A program made the position numbers and the translations under genes. A stretch of 60,715 nucleotides of DNA, counting the filler, from Sphacelaria rigidula (lineage: Eukaryota): NCBI GenBank assembly GCA_964200075.2. It is 3 parts of 3 records of this genome, joined end to end, with 100 filler letters (N's around TTAATTAATTAA, not from the genome) between each part and the next. Parts side by side here need not be neighbours in the genome. Positions count along the whole stretch, not along the records: positions 40,563 to 60,715 come from CAXNAA020000563.1; 2 more parts are not named here. One strand, given 5' to 3'. Positions 48,157 through 60,149 of this stretch are shown here, one piece after another (position 1 is the stretch's first letter; each line of letters opens with the position of its first letter). The notes beneath the pieces are model-generated. The model had not been told where the DNA came from. It worked only from the letters and a program-made list of their open reading frames with translations, and made no database searches.

Positions 48157-51100
48157 GCGTTCCCAACAGAGCACATGGCAGAGGTGTATCACGAGTCTGG
48201 GAACCCGGTGGGGGGGAGTACGCAAGAGGGGGTCAACGGCAAGCTACACGTGACCGCCTGGCACGGGGAAGGGAAGCGGGAGGAGCGGGGTCGATGCGCG
48301 GGGCGGAGTGGGCGTCTCGGAGTAGCGGTAGTAGAGATGGGGGCAGCTTATCCAACGGGGGGCCTGCGCAGGGTCGGGTGCGTGTTTTTTTTGTGTAACC
48401 CTGTCACCGTGTACACTTTGGTTGTTTTGGTGGTTTTTTAGGTACTTGATTAGGTACTTGACCCTGCGGGGTAGGTTTAGCGTTAGAGGCTCTATGATTT
48501 GACTTGAGCCGCCGCGCCTCGGTGGTCAAAGTGACGTAGCACCTGTAGGTTCTGTGGGTTCTGTGGGTTCTGTGGGTTCTGTGAGTTCGAATCCCCAGGA
48601 ACAATAAAGTATTTTCCTCTCGCACCCGTCGTTCAGCAACATGAAAACGGACGAGAGTTGGCGAGATAGTTTCGGCGAAGGTGGACGAGATGCGAGAATA
48701 CTGATTTGGTACACGATCCCAAAGCGTAACACTGGTACACTGACGGAGACAGATGGGTCGATCCCTCGGGGCTGCTGTACGAACTCGTCCCGAGGAGAAG
48801 GGGCGTGGAGGAAGGGGGGGCTAGAAGTATAAATATGACAAGAAAATAAACAGTAGAAGTCGAATAGACCTGAATAGAAAACCGATCTTTCGTTTTCCAT
48901 CATGACTGTTTGTAACCCCCCCTCCTCCCCTTATGCTCCGTCTCGAAAGGGATGCGTGGTCAATGGTCAAACGGCTAAGGCAAGCAAGCAAGCAACAAAT
49001 GAGTACGCCCCCCCCCCCATCCTCCCCTTTGCCTTTCCTTGCACACCGCTGCTCCCGCTCCATCCTCTCTTCCGCCAACAAAACCTATGCTAGAATTCAA
49101 TGAGTTTTAGCGAGTTTCTTGCAAGGCAGAGCCACAGCCAGGTCGTGGCGACGCAACACCTAAATCGGTTGACGCGAATGTACTCTCCGAGTTTCACTCC
49201 TCAGCTGTGCCTGGGCAGTCGGCGAATAGTGGCCAAAAACGGGGCCGCTTCGTTTGCCGGTGGCGGGTGTTTTGAGGACAGGTTGAAAGTCATGGAACGG
49301 CGGCGGCAGAGAGATAGGAAGGTAAGGATCGTTCAAATGTTTTGAAGTGTTGTTGTTGTTGGTGGTGGTGCTATGATTGTTGCTGTTGTTGTTGATGATG
49401 ATGATAATGATGATAATGATGATAATGGTGGTAATGATATCGATAACGTACCGTGGGGAGTATATTCCGCGTGAACATCAACGCGCCACAATCACACAAT
49501 GCGGTACAAACTTTATATATTGTCGCCGGGGAATTCATGGAATCTCTTTCAACGTGTATACACATGTGAATGTGAATCGTCTACACACGATGTGCAGATG
49601 TCTTTAGCTCGTCATCCCGTACCTTCTCCTCTGCAAATTCCGGCGTAATTACCGGATGGTTCGCTGCGAAATTGTTGGTCGAGAATATTTTAGGATAGCG
49701 GTTCATTATAGGGCAGAACGCTTGTCAGGATATGATGTTTACATTCTGGTCGCTGCATACCCCTGATAAACACTCCACTTCGGAACGGTGTGTTGCTACT
49801 CCTGATCCGATCCACCCGCTCAATATTCTCAGCTCACACGAAAGGAATTGATTCGTACAGAAGGGATACAACACATATGCGTAGGTTGCCGTCTAAATAC
49901 ACAATTACAGTGCTCTGTACGGGTATCGCGCCCAAACGGCGGCTATCCATGCTAATACGATTTTCACTTCTCCATCTCGCCGCTTGCTCTGTTGAGATGC
50001 ACACCCCGATCCCTATCCACACTAGGGGTGGATCGGAAGCTGACGATTGCAACAGCGGTTCAGCCCAACCAAGGAGCGCGTCAAAGGCTCACCATACGTC
50101 TCAAAATACGGTTTTTTCATATACCGTGTCCCAGAAATGGACTGGTTGTCGTCCGTCGCCCAAGAATGGAGGATGATCGTACGCCTGGGCGAATATCTCG
50201 CGACGAAATTTGACGAGTATTCAAACCTTCCTGTCAGGGTAAATTTCTCTCTATACACGCCGATCCCCCCCTCCCCCCCCGTCCGCTCCCGTCCGCTCCT
50301 AGTGTCGTCTCTTATATTGGCTGACGACTGGGTTATTTTCGATCTCTATCTCGCCTTTGCCGGTTGCCGTTTCACGTTGCGGATGGAACATTGACAGGTG
50401 GCGGCTAGTACAGCGGTGAAATTGAAGCAGAAGGAGTGTACGTTCGCACCGGAGCTTACCGCTCGAGCCAGAAGCGTGAGGTCCCGATCTTTCAGGGAGC
50501 TCAGTATTGGAGATGCCGCGCTGCGAGAAGCTAAGCAGGTGGGTCGGCGAAAGGGCTTCCGCCAAACCACTCACCAACTTCACCTCTTTTCCGAGACAGC
50601 GTTTACACAGCCAACTGGCAACTCCGATTCTCGCTCAAGGAATAATGTATTATACTCGGAGCCAAGCGCAAACGAGCGTGTGTCCAGGTTGTATTGTACA
50701 TCGCGATTTTTTTATGGATGGATGTCACGAGCTCTTTTTCCGATCGCTCTGATAAAAACAAAAATCCGGCGGAACATTATGTTGAAAAACAGAGCAAATG
50801 CTTTGTATACGAGCGGGAGTGCACGCATCAATCAGCCCTGCACGAGTGTCTACACACTCTCAAAATGCTTTATCAGGCATCTTATTTTGGTGCCCATGAC
50901 CGTCTCGGTCCGGTGGTGTGAATTAAAACGATACAAGTAACGCCATTAGATTAGGTGCAGAGAACGACGCTACGATTCCCGCCAAATGCGTTTTTCCTTC
51001 GAAATATCTTTCTGACTTCGACCGTTGACATCGTTAGGGTGCACGTGAGCAGACAAAAATAAATAGTTTGTCGGAGTTAGTTTGAGTAGAGCTGACGCAG

Positions 51101-54100
51101 GGTGGGAGTGTTTCGTCATGATCCAATCCGCGACACCAAAGTGCAAAGTGTGTACAGTACCAGGGAGAGAGAGGAGTGGGCTGATATCTTGGGACAACGG
51201 GCTCGTCCTCCGGAGAGGGAGCGGTGGCAAGTGTGACGAAAACAGGTCTTGTTGCGTCAGTGAAGAAATGCCCCAGTTCACACATGTATCCAGTGGATTC
51301 GGTACACCACACTCAAACGCTTGCTTTTGAGTTTACCGAAAAAAAGAACAACGATCTATCGACAGACTGCGAGCCATGTCATGACAGGGAGCGTGCGAAT
51401 CGTTGCCACAAACAGCAGGGGTTCACGCCTGGGTGCGATATACCAAGATATGAGTGCAGGTAGAGCGCCTTGAAGCTATGTGCCAACATGTCGCCTTGTT
51501 ACCGCCTCGAATACCATCTCGAAGTCGCTACACTTGGGCAACATTTCGACAGAACCCCTTCCCTCCCCTCTCCTAGCATAAAACCTGTTCTGACACTTTC
51601 TACGATAGTCCCTCCCCCCCCAAAAAACAGCCCAAAACTGTCACAAAAAAAATGGTCATACAGCGCCTGATGTTTGGTTTCAGGCTGCATGAAGCGCCTC
51701 ATATGAGCGACATGGCCGAAAACGAATCCAAGCGAGGGAGGTCCCAGCTGCTCGTTGTGCTCGGCTTTCTTGTTTCGATCTACGTGAAGGTTTTGCCTCC
51801 CCAAAGCAGCCACTTTTTTTTTTCGGGGGGGGGGGGGGACTATCGTAGAAAGTGTCCTCTGTTTTTCCCTTTCTTTTTTGTTTTCTACTCTCGAGGAGCA
51901 CCTTCCTTGCGGGGTACGCGGCATACGCTCAAGGTATCCCCGAGGGTACGCATACGCTCGACAGGACCTTACGCACTACAGCAAAGCTGCCGTTCCTACA
52001 CCACAAGAATGACGCCGAATGAACCGCCTCGTACCTATATGGTGGTACATGCAGTACTTTTAGTGTCGACGAAATCGCCCGCAAGACGGAACATATATAT
52101 TGAACCATGTTCTAGGTCTTTGAGGTCATTTTCCAGCGGATCCTTCCAAGTGTTGCGATAGAATCGGAGAAAATAAGCGGAACACCTGACCACGTGTTCA
52201 GGGCATGCATGTGTGTGTGTTGTTGTCGTGGACATGAAGTGGTGCAAAACGTCGTCGAATCTAACTCTTCTTGTTGCCTTCCCTACCTCCCCCCTTCCCT
52301 CTCTTCTCATGGTGAGACACTTTTGAGGTAGTGTAAACCGTGGTTGTCTCCGGAAGTGGAAATACCAGAAAATGAAGCAACTAATTCGAGGCTGTCATCA
52401 ACATGCAAGAGTAATGAGTACAACTCGGGCCCAACCATCGCAGTGGGACACAGATCACCCTTCATGCTACTCACCGAGCGCATCACGGCGCTTCGTGCTT
52501 GCTGATTGCGAGCCTGGTCCGACAGAAACCCGGCGTGCTCCGTCCCGACTTCGCAGGGAAGCGAGGTCAATGATCTTGTGACTGCTGCATGCAAGATCAT
52601 GAGTACACCCCCCCCCCCCCCCTCCCCCCCCCGTTCTCCCTAACAAGGGAAGAGCGATAACTGCGTCGCTTCCCATGTCACTACCTACCATACAACAACG
52701 AACTAACACCGTTTCTACAACAAAAGTCAAGTGAATCGTGAATAATCCATATTTTCTATTTCTCATGATGACCTTTAACATAGCAATGAATGTATAACCC
52801 CCCAACAAAGGAAGCGCGATAACTGTGTCGCTTCCCATCTCACCACCTACGGCACAGCAACGAACCGACACCGCTTTCACAACAAATGTTAGGCGAACCC
52901 TGAATAATCCATTTTTTCAATTTCTCATGGTGAACTTAAACCTAACAGCGTATGGCAAGAGCTCGACAGGACACCCGTTTGCTGGAAAGTCCGGATGAGG
53001 GTCGGGCGGGGTTCCGGCCTAGACTAGAGACGGAAGGGAATGCCTTGGCACCTCTGGCGTGTTCTCGCCTGGGGCTAGCGGACGAATTAGACACTTACAT
53101 CGATAGAATTAAGGTGAGGATAGTGATGATGATGATGATGATGATGATGATGACGATGATGATGACGTTGCTGCCGGGTCTTATCGAAGCAAAACAAAAA
53201 ACGAGGGGAAAAAAAGGTTTTCGAGGAAGATTGAGACTGTTCACAACCTAATAATCACGAGGAATCACTCACCGTTCCCACCGGAGATAGAGAAATGTTT
53301 TGGGAACGTGACGACCTGACAACACGCGAACAGAGCAGTGGGCCACAAGCTCAACATACAACTGTGCAGCTCTGGTGTGTGGTCGAGGCATCATGATAAG
53401 CCGAACAGCCCACGCATGGCATCCAAAGTACGTTGCCTTTTGCACTCACAACGACGTGTTCCTTCGTGTTGAAAAAAAGAAGTTTGAAATGATCAATGTT
53501 CGGGGGCATGGTGTCGAGGGCGTCGAGAATAGAGCATCAGCCCTCATCCAATCAGAGGGATATAATACTTGAACAGTCACATCACACAACTTTTCACTTT
53601 CAAATTTCCATTCTCATTTTTTCTGTCTCGTAATGAGGGGACCTGGTGATGATGAAGTAGTTCGTTAACTGAACGCGTTTCTATATGCAGGACACGACAC
53701 CTTAGATTTCGGCGTTTGCCGCCCAGACGAGTCGTCCAGAGCTTGTATTCGGAGCGCGACGTTTCGTTTCGGATATTTCTTCGCGTGCTCTGACTATCTT
53801 TCACCCCGGAAAGATCCATCGTGTACTTATGAACATGAGATTCTGAAATAATGGGAACTAATTTTTTTATGGGAATGAAAAACAATGGTGATCGGATTTG
53901 TGGGAAATAGTATTGTACCTCACTCCCCGCCCCTTATGGTGGGACATGCATGAGGCAGTGCGTAAGCCGTGGCTGTCTGTGGAAGTGGCGATACCAGAAA
54001 ATGAAGTAACTCATTCGAGACTGTAAGCCATACGCAAGATAATCAGTACGCTTAGGGTCGAGCAATCTTGGGAAGATGCAGCTCACCCTTCATGCGACTC

Positions 54101-54425
54101 GCCGAACACGTCACGGCGCCTCGCGCTTGGCGATTGACTGCGAGCCTGGTCCGGCGATAACCCGGCGTGCTCCGTCCCGGCTTTGTAAGGATGCGAGGTC
54201 AATTGTCGTATGACTGTGGCTTGCAACACCGTGAGTACACCTCCCCCGCCCCCCCTCAAATGACTGAGGCAAGCAAGCAACAAATGAGGGAAAAAATACC
54301 CCCCTAAGGCGCCTGTGATGAAGCGATAGTCTCACCTCTTTGAGTGAGTGTCTATATTTTGTTTCGGCTCGGGTACTTCTATCATGTGACCACGGCTGGA
54401 TTCCTGGGGGTTCAGCTAAAGTGCG

Positions 54426-54469
<44 letters not shown>

Positions 54470-55442
54470 CTCTGTGAAGTTTGTGGGAGATGGTACCTCC
54501 CGAAGGTACCTTGAGTAGCCCCACAACCTCATGGACTCGGTTGCCCAACCTTCAAGGCATCTTCACTCCCCTAGAAAGTACCTCGGAAGGCAGGCAATAC
54601 TGAAAACCCCACAAGGGCTGCCATATAGGGTGCCTTAGTGGGAGTACGATTTCCCACAATTCCGAGCACATTTTTTTTTCCATTACCGTGAAAGAAATTC
54701 GTTCCCAGTTTTCAGAATCTCCTGTTTTGGTGTGTCTGTGTGCGATTGTCAGTATACATTTCTGGAAGATTTGGTACGAGAGCATAATATTCACTTACGG
54801 TCACAGTGAAGCATTTATCGCTTTCACATCACTCTCACGTTGGTTCAGTTTCGATTGCTTTCTCCCCCGCGCACATTGTGGGGGTTAAGTAGGTAAGATA
54901 GTCGTGAAAGTAGTGAAACGTCCCAGGGTCGTTATCCTAATCACAGTCTTGCCGAGAAGGGGTTGGTGGAGTCTCGTTGGAGTTTGTCGGAGAAGACAAC
55001 GTTTATTATCCTGACCTTCCCCCCCTCAAACGTTGAGCGCCAGAATGTTGGGGGTGTCTTTATCAGGAGTAGGAATGGTGCTCCGTCTCGAAAGGGATGC
55101 GTGGTCAATGGTCACACGACTAAGGCAAGCAACGAATGAGTACGCCCCCTCTCCCTCCCTCGACGCCCCCCTCACACGTTACTCTCCTGCTAACATTTGT
55201 GGCCAACAACGAAAATTGCGCAGGACGAAGCGATAGGGCGGGAAGAGTACAACTCGCGGCAGCGGCGACGAGCTCTCGACGAGGAAAAACGGGCGTGCAC
55301 ATTCAGTCCAATGCTTACCCAGTGCCCGGCCCTCGTCCGGCGCACAGCCGAGGCTATGCGTAGAATTAGAGAGTTTCGTGTACAGCAAGAAGAGAGCATG
55401 TCCCGGCCGTCGCCTTCCCCGCCTAGACCACAGTGGCGATGA
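48157..55442 (+). CDS. Uncharacterised CTFxP-repeat protein, 3' part; join(48157..48377,49094..49321,50398..50538,52949..53113,55224..55442)
   Basis: Phase-0 GT-AG junctions join ..PAQGR|NSMSFSEFLARQ..PSFTPQLC..FEDRLK..RDRK|VAAS..KECTFAPEL..EAKQ|RMAR..GFRPRLE..YIDRIK|DEAIG..RACTFSPMLTQCPALVRRTAEAMRR..PRPQWR*. Four FxP-type repeats alternate with charged helices. Confidence 0.78.
48510..48820 (+). mobile_element. Family D putative SINE with an internal (GGTTCTGTG)x4 expansion
   Basis: gccgcgcctcggtggtcaaagtg head, 9-bp tandem at ~48548-48583, GTTCGAATCCC B box, and the family D 3' end ctcgtcccgaggagaagggg. Confidence 0.65.
50900..51225 (+). mobile_element. Family D putative SINE
   Basis: ccgtctcggtccggtggtg head; gatccaatccgcgacaccaaa..gggctgatatcttgggacaacgggctcgtcc end. 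Confidence 0.6.
51592..51856 (+). mobile_element. MITE family C
   Basis: Perfect 21-bp TIRs gacactttctacgatagtccc / gggactatcgtagaaagtgtc; flanks ttct / ctct. Confidence 0.9.
52309..52632 (+). mobile_element. Repeat family B
   Basis: atggtgagacac...gcaagatcatgagtacaccc followed by poly-C. Confidence 0.8.
52638..52958 (+). repeat. 162-bp intronic tandem duplication that includes a splice acceptor
   Basis: aacaagggaagagcgataactg at 52642 and aacaaaggaagcgcgataactg at 52804; the two units are collinear. Confidence 0.9.
53915..54300 (+). mobile_element. Repeat family B followed by a LINE tail fragment
   Basis: atgaggcagtg..gaagtggcgataccagaaaatgaag..gtgagtacacctccccc, then aaatgactgaggcaagcaagcaacaaatgag. 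Confidence 0.8.
54340..54468 (+). mobile_element. RTE-like LINE 3' end with (CAAT)n tail
   Basis: tgtgaccacggctggatt..cagctaaagtgcgac followed by about 10 CAAT units. Confidence 0.75.
54481..54659. mobile_element. Putative MITE with ttgtggga(g/a)at(g/c)gtac TIRs
   Basis: ttgtgggagatggtacctccc at the left; gggagtacgatttcccacaa at the right. No clear TSD. Confidence 0.6.
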
Positions 55443-56119
55443 TGAAAGGGCTTTTCATTGCATCGCGCGGGGGTTTCGGAGCATTTTGGCTCGAAACACT
55501 CGAGACATCCATATATCTATATATATATATATCTGTATATCTATATATTTGTAGTTGTTTACATTTTGTACCGCACGACTTTCGATGAAATTCTAAAGAT
55601 ACGATGGAGTTGTTGATGGGATTGAAAGCGTACGTATGTTCCTCCCTGGTGCATGTATTTAAAATGTCTGTACATTATGACATGTGTGTATGAATTGTTG
55701 TTGTTGATGATTATGTTGACGGAAATGAACAGTTGCAGTTTAATCGGCCCCCCTTTATGCTGTCCTTGTGTGTGTGGATATCACCACATGGAAGGGAATA
55801 GTTCCCGCACGTGTCCTTCGAGGAATCATCTTTTCAAAGTGCTCTTCTTGCGGTATCCTGTGGTTGTTGTTCTCTTGTACATACTCTAGTTGTACTGTAT
55901 CCTTGGGTTTCATCGCCTCTGCAATTCCCCTCTTCGTTTTCTCTGTTATCTTTCCCTCTCCCCCTCTCTCGCCCCTTCGTCCATCTCAGTGTTGAGCTGT
56001 AGCAGCTTGGTGACTTGCTTCTTCCGTAGGGCTTACGGGTGAGAGCTCATGCCCAATTAGTATGGCCGACATAGCTTGGCCGCGACCTGATCCCGCGGCT
56101 CTTTTATTTGTTTTTTGTA

Positions 56120-56420
56120 TGCGCTGCCTTGACCCGGTGGTGAAAATAAATACCATGGTGTCTTACAACTCAACACTGAAAGGGTGGAGAAAACACGAGT
56201 TCGGTACCCGATGCTCTTGTTTTTTTTCCGATCTGATTTCCACCGTCGAGAGCGTTAGCGTTACTGAAAAAAAGAAGTAGTCGATTCAGTTTATTTGGCG
56301 AGAGTTGGCGCGGTGCAGGAGTGCTGACCCAAGCCGCGAGATCAAAATACAAGGCGTGTACCGGGGAGAGATGGGCTGATCCCTTGAGACCACGGACTCG
56401 TCCCGAGGAAGAGGAGTAGG
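56120..56420 (+). mobile_element. Family D putative SINE
   Basis: gccttgacccggtggtgaa head, gagttcggtaccc B-box-like motif, and end gatcccttgagaccacggactcgtcccgaggaagagg. Confidence 0.65.
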
Positions 56421-56500
56421 GCTTCGAAGAGCGGCAAGGAAAAAGATGAGGTGCACGTACGCTTTCGTGTGAGGCATTCTTTTTTACCCGAACAAAACGT

Positions 56501-56742
56501 CCACGGTGCGGACTCATCGCCGGTTCGAATCACCAAATCCACGATTTTTCAGGCCTAACTGCTCCAAAGAGAAAAAAGATTACCGCTGGTCAAAATGGTC
56601 TCCACGGAATTTTTGCGCCATTCCATGTGCATGGCCTGCGCGTGTTCGGGTTGCAACGCTAACGATTGATTCGTGCGGTATGAATCAATGACACTAAACT
56701 CAGGTAATTTCCGGACGAATCATTAATTCGTCCGACCCTTGA
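56501..56742 (-). mobile_element. MITE family E, second copy
   Basis: Reverse complement of 43445-43704; flanks aaacgt / aaagat. Confidence 0.8.
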
Positions 56743-57518
56743 AAAGATTCCGGTTTGAAATCCCGGCGGCGGCTCCCACCAACGTGACGAGCAGAGAGAA
56801 AATCTCGTCAAAACGTGAAGCGGGCATCAAAGAGTCGTGAATTTCGTGGTGGATATGAAAACTGGCGGGTGACTTGGAAGAAGAATCCACAAACTCACCG
56901 GAAAGTCTTCTGCATTTTCCCCGTGGTCGTTACACAACATAGCCGGATGATATGTTCACATCAGAAGCTGTACTAAGGCATTCATCAACACCGTTTCGTG
57001 GCCTCCAACGGTGATCGAGATGATATCAGCATTTTTTGTCGGTAAAAGTCGACACCACCACGACAGCGTTCACAAAACGCCGCAAGACGGGTCTGGAACG
57101 TTACGAATTGCCCGTTAAATAAGTTCAAATGTCACGCTCTCGACTTCGAGTCAACCCGACGCAACCGTCCAAAAATTCTCCACATTCTCTTGTTGTTGCT
57201 TGCATATCCAATGCAACCCAAGGTAGAAGACAATTCGTCAAAATATGCCCCGCACGAAACCAAACGTGGTCGGTAAGACGAGAAGGACAGGGAAGCGGAG
57301 GGAAACCGTACTACGGGAGTACGCCGTACGCGTACACCACCCTTTTGCGTTAAAACTGCATGCTACTTTTGTATCTGTGACAACGCGCCCCCCGATAAAC
57401 CAAATCTAACCGCACCCGTCACCTCTCTACGCCCCCAAGATAACACGAACCGACGGCGCAGCTGATACGGGGCAAGAACCTCCGATCGTACTCGAGGAAC
57501 ACCCGGCCGACACTGGCA

Positions 57519-58134
57519 TCATGCCGAGAACTCAATTTCAGGCGGACCTTGTCTCACGTCAACCATCTTCCTGGCCATCACTTCCGTCACCACCGCTGGA
57601 AGATTACCAACAATAACACTGAACAACAAAACAACCCCCCCGACAATGAACTCAATATACATACATGTGAAACGCGCCGATCGAATAACCACCGGCCGAC
57701 CACGGCAAACCATCACGCATCACCGCCGGCCGCTTTCAACTTGGTCGTCAACACAGCGAGCAACGCATCATCCACATCCACAGGAGCGCTAAAAGCGCCT
57801 CGGTCACCCGCCCATGCACCCAAACTACTTCTACTCTTACCCTTCCCAGCCCGCCCAGCACCACCACGTCTATTTCCCTTGACGGCGCCATGCGCGGCAG
57901 CAGTATCGGTTGACATGTCACGTCGCCCATCAGGCGTAACCGCATCTCCACGGCTGGTCGTCGAATGCCTGCCCGCGCTTGGCGTGATTGTGGTGTTGGT
58001 CGTTTTGGGCGGTTTAGGCGCTGGCTTGAGCAAAGTGGCCATGAACGCTTGGTACAGATCCGGCACAGGGGCAAGGTTGATGGAGGAGGGGTCCAGAATA
58101 TCCGACGCTCGTGTCGTCGAGTGTAGCGCGGCCT
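57519..58134 (-). CDS. Hypothetical protein, last two exons complement(join(57519..57595,57724..58134)); upstream exons unresolved
   Basis: Long open frame (SDILDPSSINLAPVPDLYQAFMATLLKP..DVDDALLAVLTTKLKAAG). A phase-1 GT-AG intron at 57596-57723 joins it to AVVTEVMARKMVDVRQGPPEIEFSA*. Confidence 0.5.
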
Positions 58135-58375
58135 CTGCGTGTTTTTCATCGTTTTTTATTCCGGAGGGTAGAATTGGGGGGAGGGGGTGACGCATGCAAA
58201 GCGGAGCGCGGGGTAGGGGAAGGCGGTCGACGTCGAGGGTTAAATGAGCTTCGCAGTTGCCGAGTGCATCAAGTGAGCGGAGACTGTGTCTCTGTGTAGA
58301 GCAAGAAGATGGAGAGCGTGTTCTAGCGGGAAATCGCTGAGAAAAGCAGAAGTGGTCCTTGCGCGAGCAAGGACC

Positions 58376-58426
58376 ACTTTCTCGATTCCTCAACTTTCTC
58401 GATTCCTCAACTTTTTCGATTCCTCA
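58376..58426. repeat. 17-bp tandem repeat x3
   Basis: actttctcgattcctca, three consecutive copies (one mismatch). Confidence 0.9.
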
Positions 58427-60149
58427 AAGTCTCCCGTGCATACACTTCCACCGGAATTTCCTGGAAATGATAATGCGTGTAATTGATTTCCTTGGCTCGA
58501 GATTAGTGCGGAAGCAGCGACGACATGCGACGCATACATGCCTTCCCTGCCGTTGCTCGAGGCCTTACATTCACCACGTACCATCCAGAGCCGGAACATC
58601 CATCTGCCCTACTTACAGAAGCGCGTTCAAAGCATCGTACCAAAATGGTTTTCGAGTGCCGCAATCTGCAGCACCTCCCAACCTCCCGGCGTCCCACCCC
58701 TGCACGATTTCTTCTCTCGCGGACGCGTGGACAACGGAGCCAGTTGACCATCTATTCCCTCTGTGCAATAAGTAAAGGTCCTTGTCATTTCACGGACCCT
58801 TAACGGTGTGATATTCGATTTTCGATATTTTTATTGCATTCGTCGACGTTTTTCGAGCCAAAACCAAGATTCTTTTTACAACGTGGGTGCTTGACCCATG
58901 CAACCGCGCGGTCGAGAAAAAGTAGGTCGGTCCAAAAACGGCCATTTTTCGCTTGTTTTCCCAGGAAAGCATGAGAGACCCGGGAACACGAAAAATCGCA
59001 AAAAATGGGCCAGAAAATGTGAAAATCGCGAAACCACCATTGAATTTGGGCATGTCCGTGATGTTAACCTACGTACGCCCCATCCAACATTTTGTTAGCA
59101 TGTCATTGCTAGTGCTCGACGTGAAAACGTCCAAAATCGGTCAATGATGGGGTATGATTGATCAAAAAGGGTCAAAATGGGCGTATATCTCGACAAGATT
59201 CTAGTGATGAAAACATTTTTTTTCGATTTTTTTTCTGCATCAGCTTCGTCTGCGCTTCATCTCTCCAACGAACCCAACCATAGGATGATCGTCAACGTTG
59301 AAATATCCAAACGATCAAACGCCCATAAGGATCTTTACTTATGGCACAGAGGAAGTATGATACACGCTAAACATGAGTAGCCCGAGACCATCGCCGCGAC
59401 GTTCAACATCTATCAACCACCCATGGGCTTTGGTCTAACAGCAACAGCAAAGACGTGCGAAAATAGCACATAGGTCCCGTGCGTCTTGCCTACTCTTCAA
59501 CCGATATATACATAGATGTATGGTTGACTCAAGAAGAGACAAGAACTTGATGAATCGACGCAACGCCTACAGGTGATCTCGGTACACACACGCAAGAGGG
59601 CGCTTGCCCGAAATCAATCTTTCGCGAATCCCCGGCACAGTGTGTCTGCTAAGTCAGCTCAGCTGTCACCAGTGCGGGCTTTTGCATCTATCCCGCGGGC
59701 GTGTCTTGAGGAACTCTCTACATCAATTTGTCGACCAAAGTGGTGCTTCTGTCAACGCACATTAGACGCAACAGGTCAACATTCAAGGAGCCAACATATC
59801 CAATTTTCAGACTAGCGATAACTGCAGGGGGGGAGGGGGGGGCGTACTCATTTATTGCTTGCCTTAGTCGTTTGACCATTGACGCATCCCTTTCGAGACG
59901 GAGCACACTGCAGGGGGGGGGGAGGCTTTTTCGATAATACTTGCATTCACGGCTTCGCAATGTTCTCCCACAAGCACAGGAGGAAGAAGCTGCACTTGAT
60001 AATATTTCTTCACGGCGAACTTTCGACAAGAGAAAAAGCCGACATAATATTCTTCACGTTTTGTCAAAATATTCGATCGTCCGTATTTCGGGGCAGGCAA
60101 CCCCTCTCCCGGCTCTCCTACTCGCGCGCGATAGCCGACCTCCTAAGTA

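Noticed and set aside
3261..55442. Apparent cluster of flagellum-related genes (SHIPPO-repeat, FBF1-like, CTFxP-repeat)
   Set aside because: The genes lie on three contigs joined by artificial linkers, so co-location is not biological evidence.
58376..58426. Short direct repeats resembling a CRISPR array
   Set aside because: The units are contiguous with no spacers, there are no cas genes and the context is eukaryotic.
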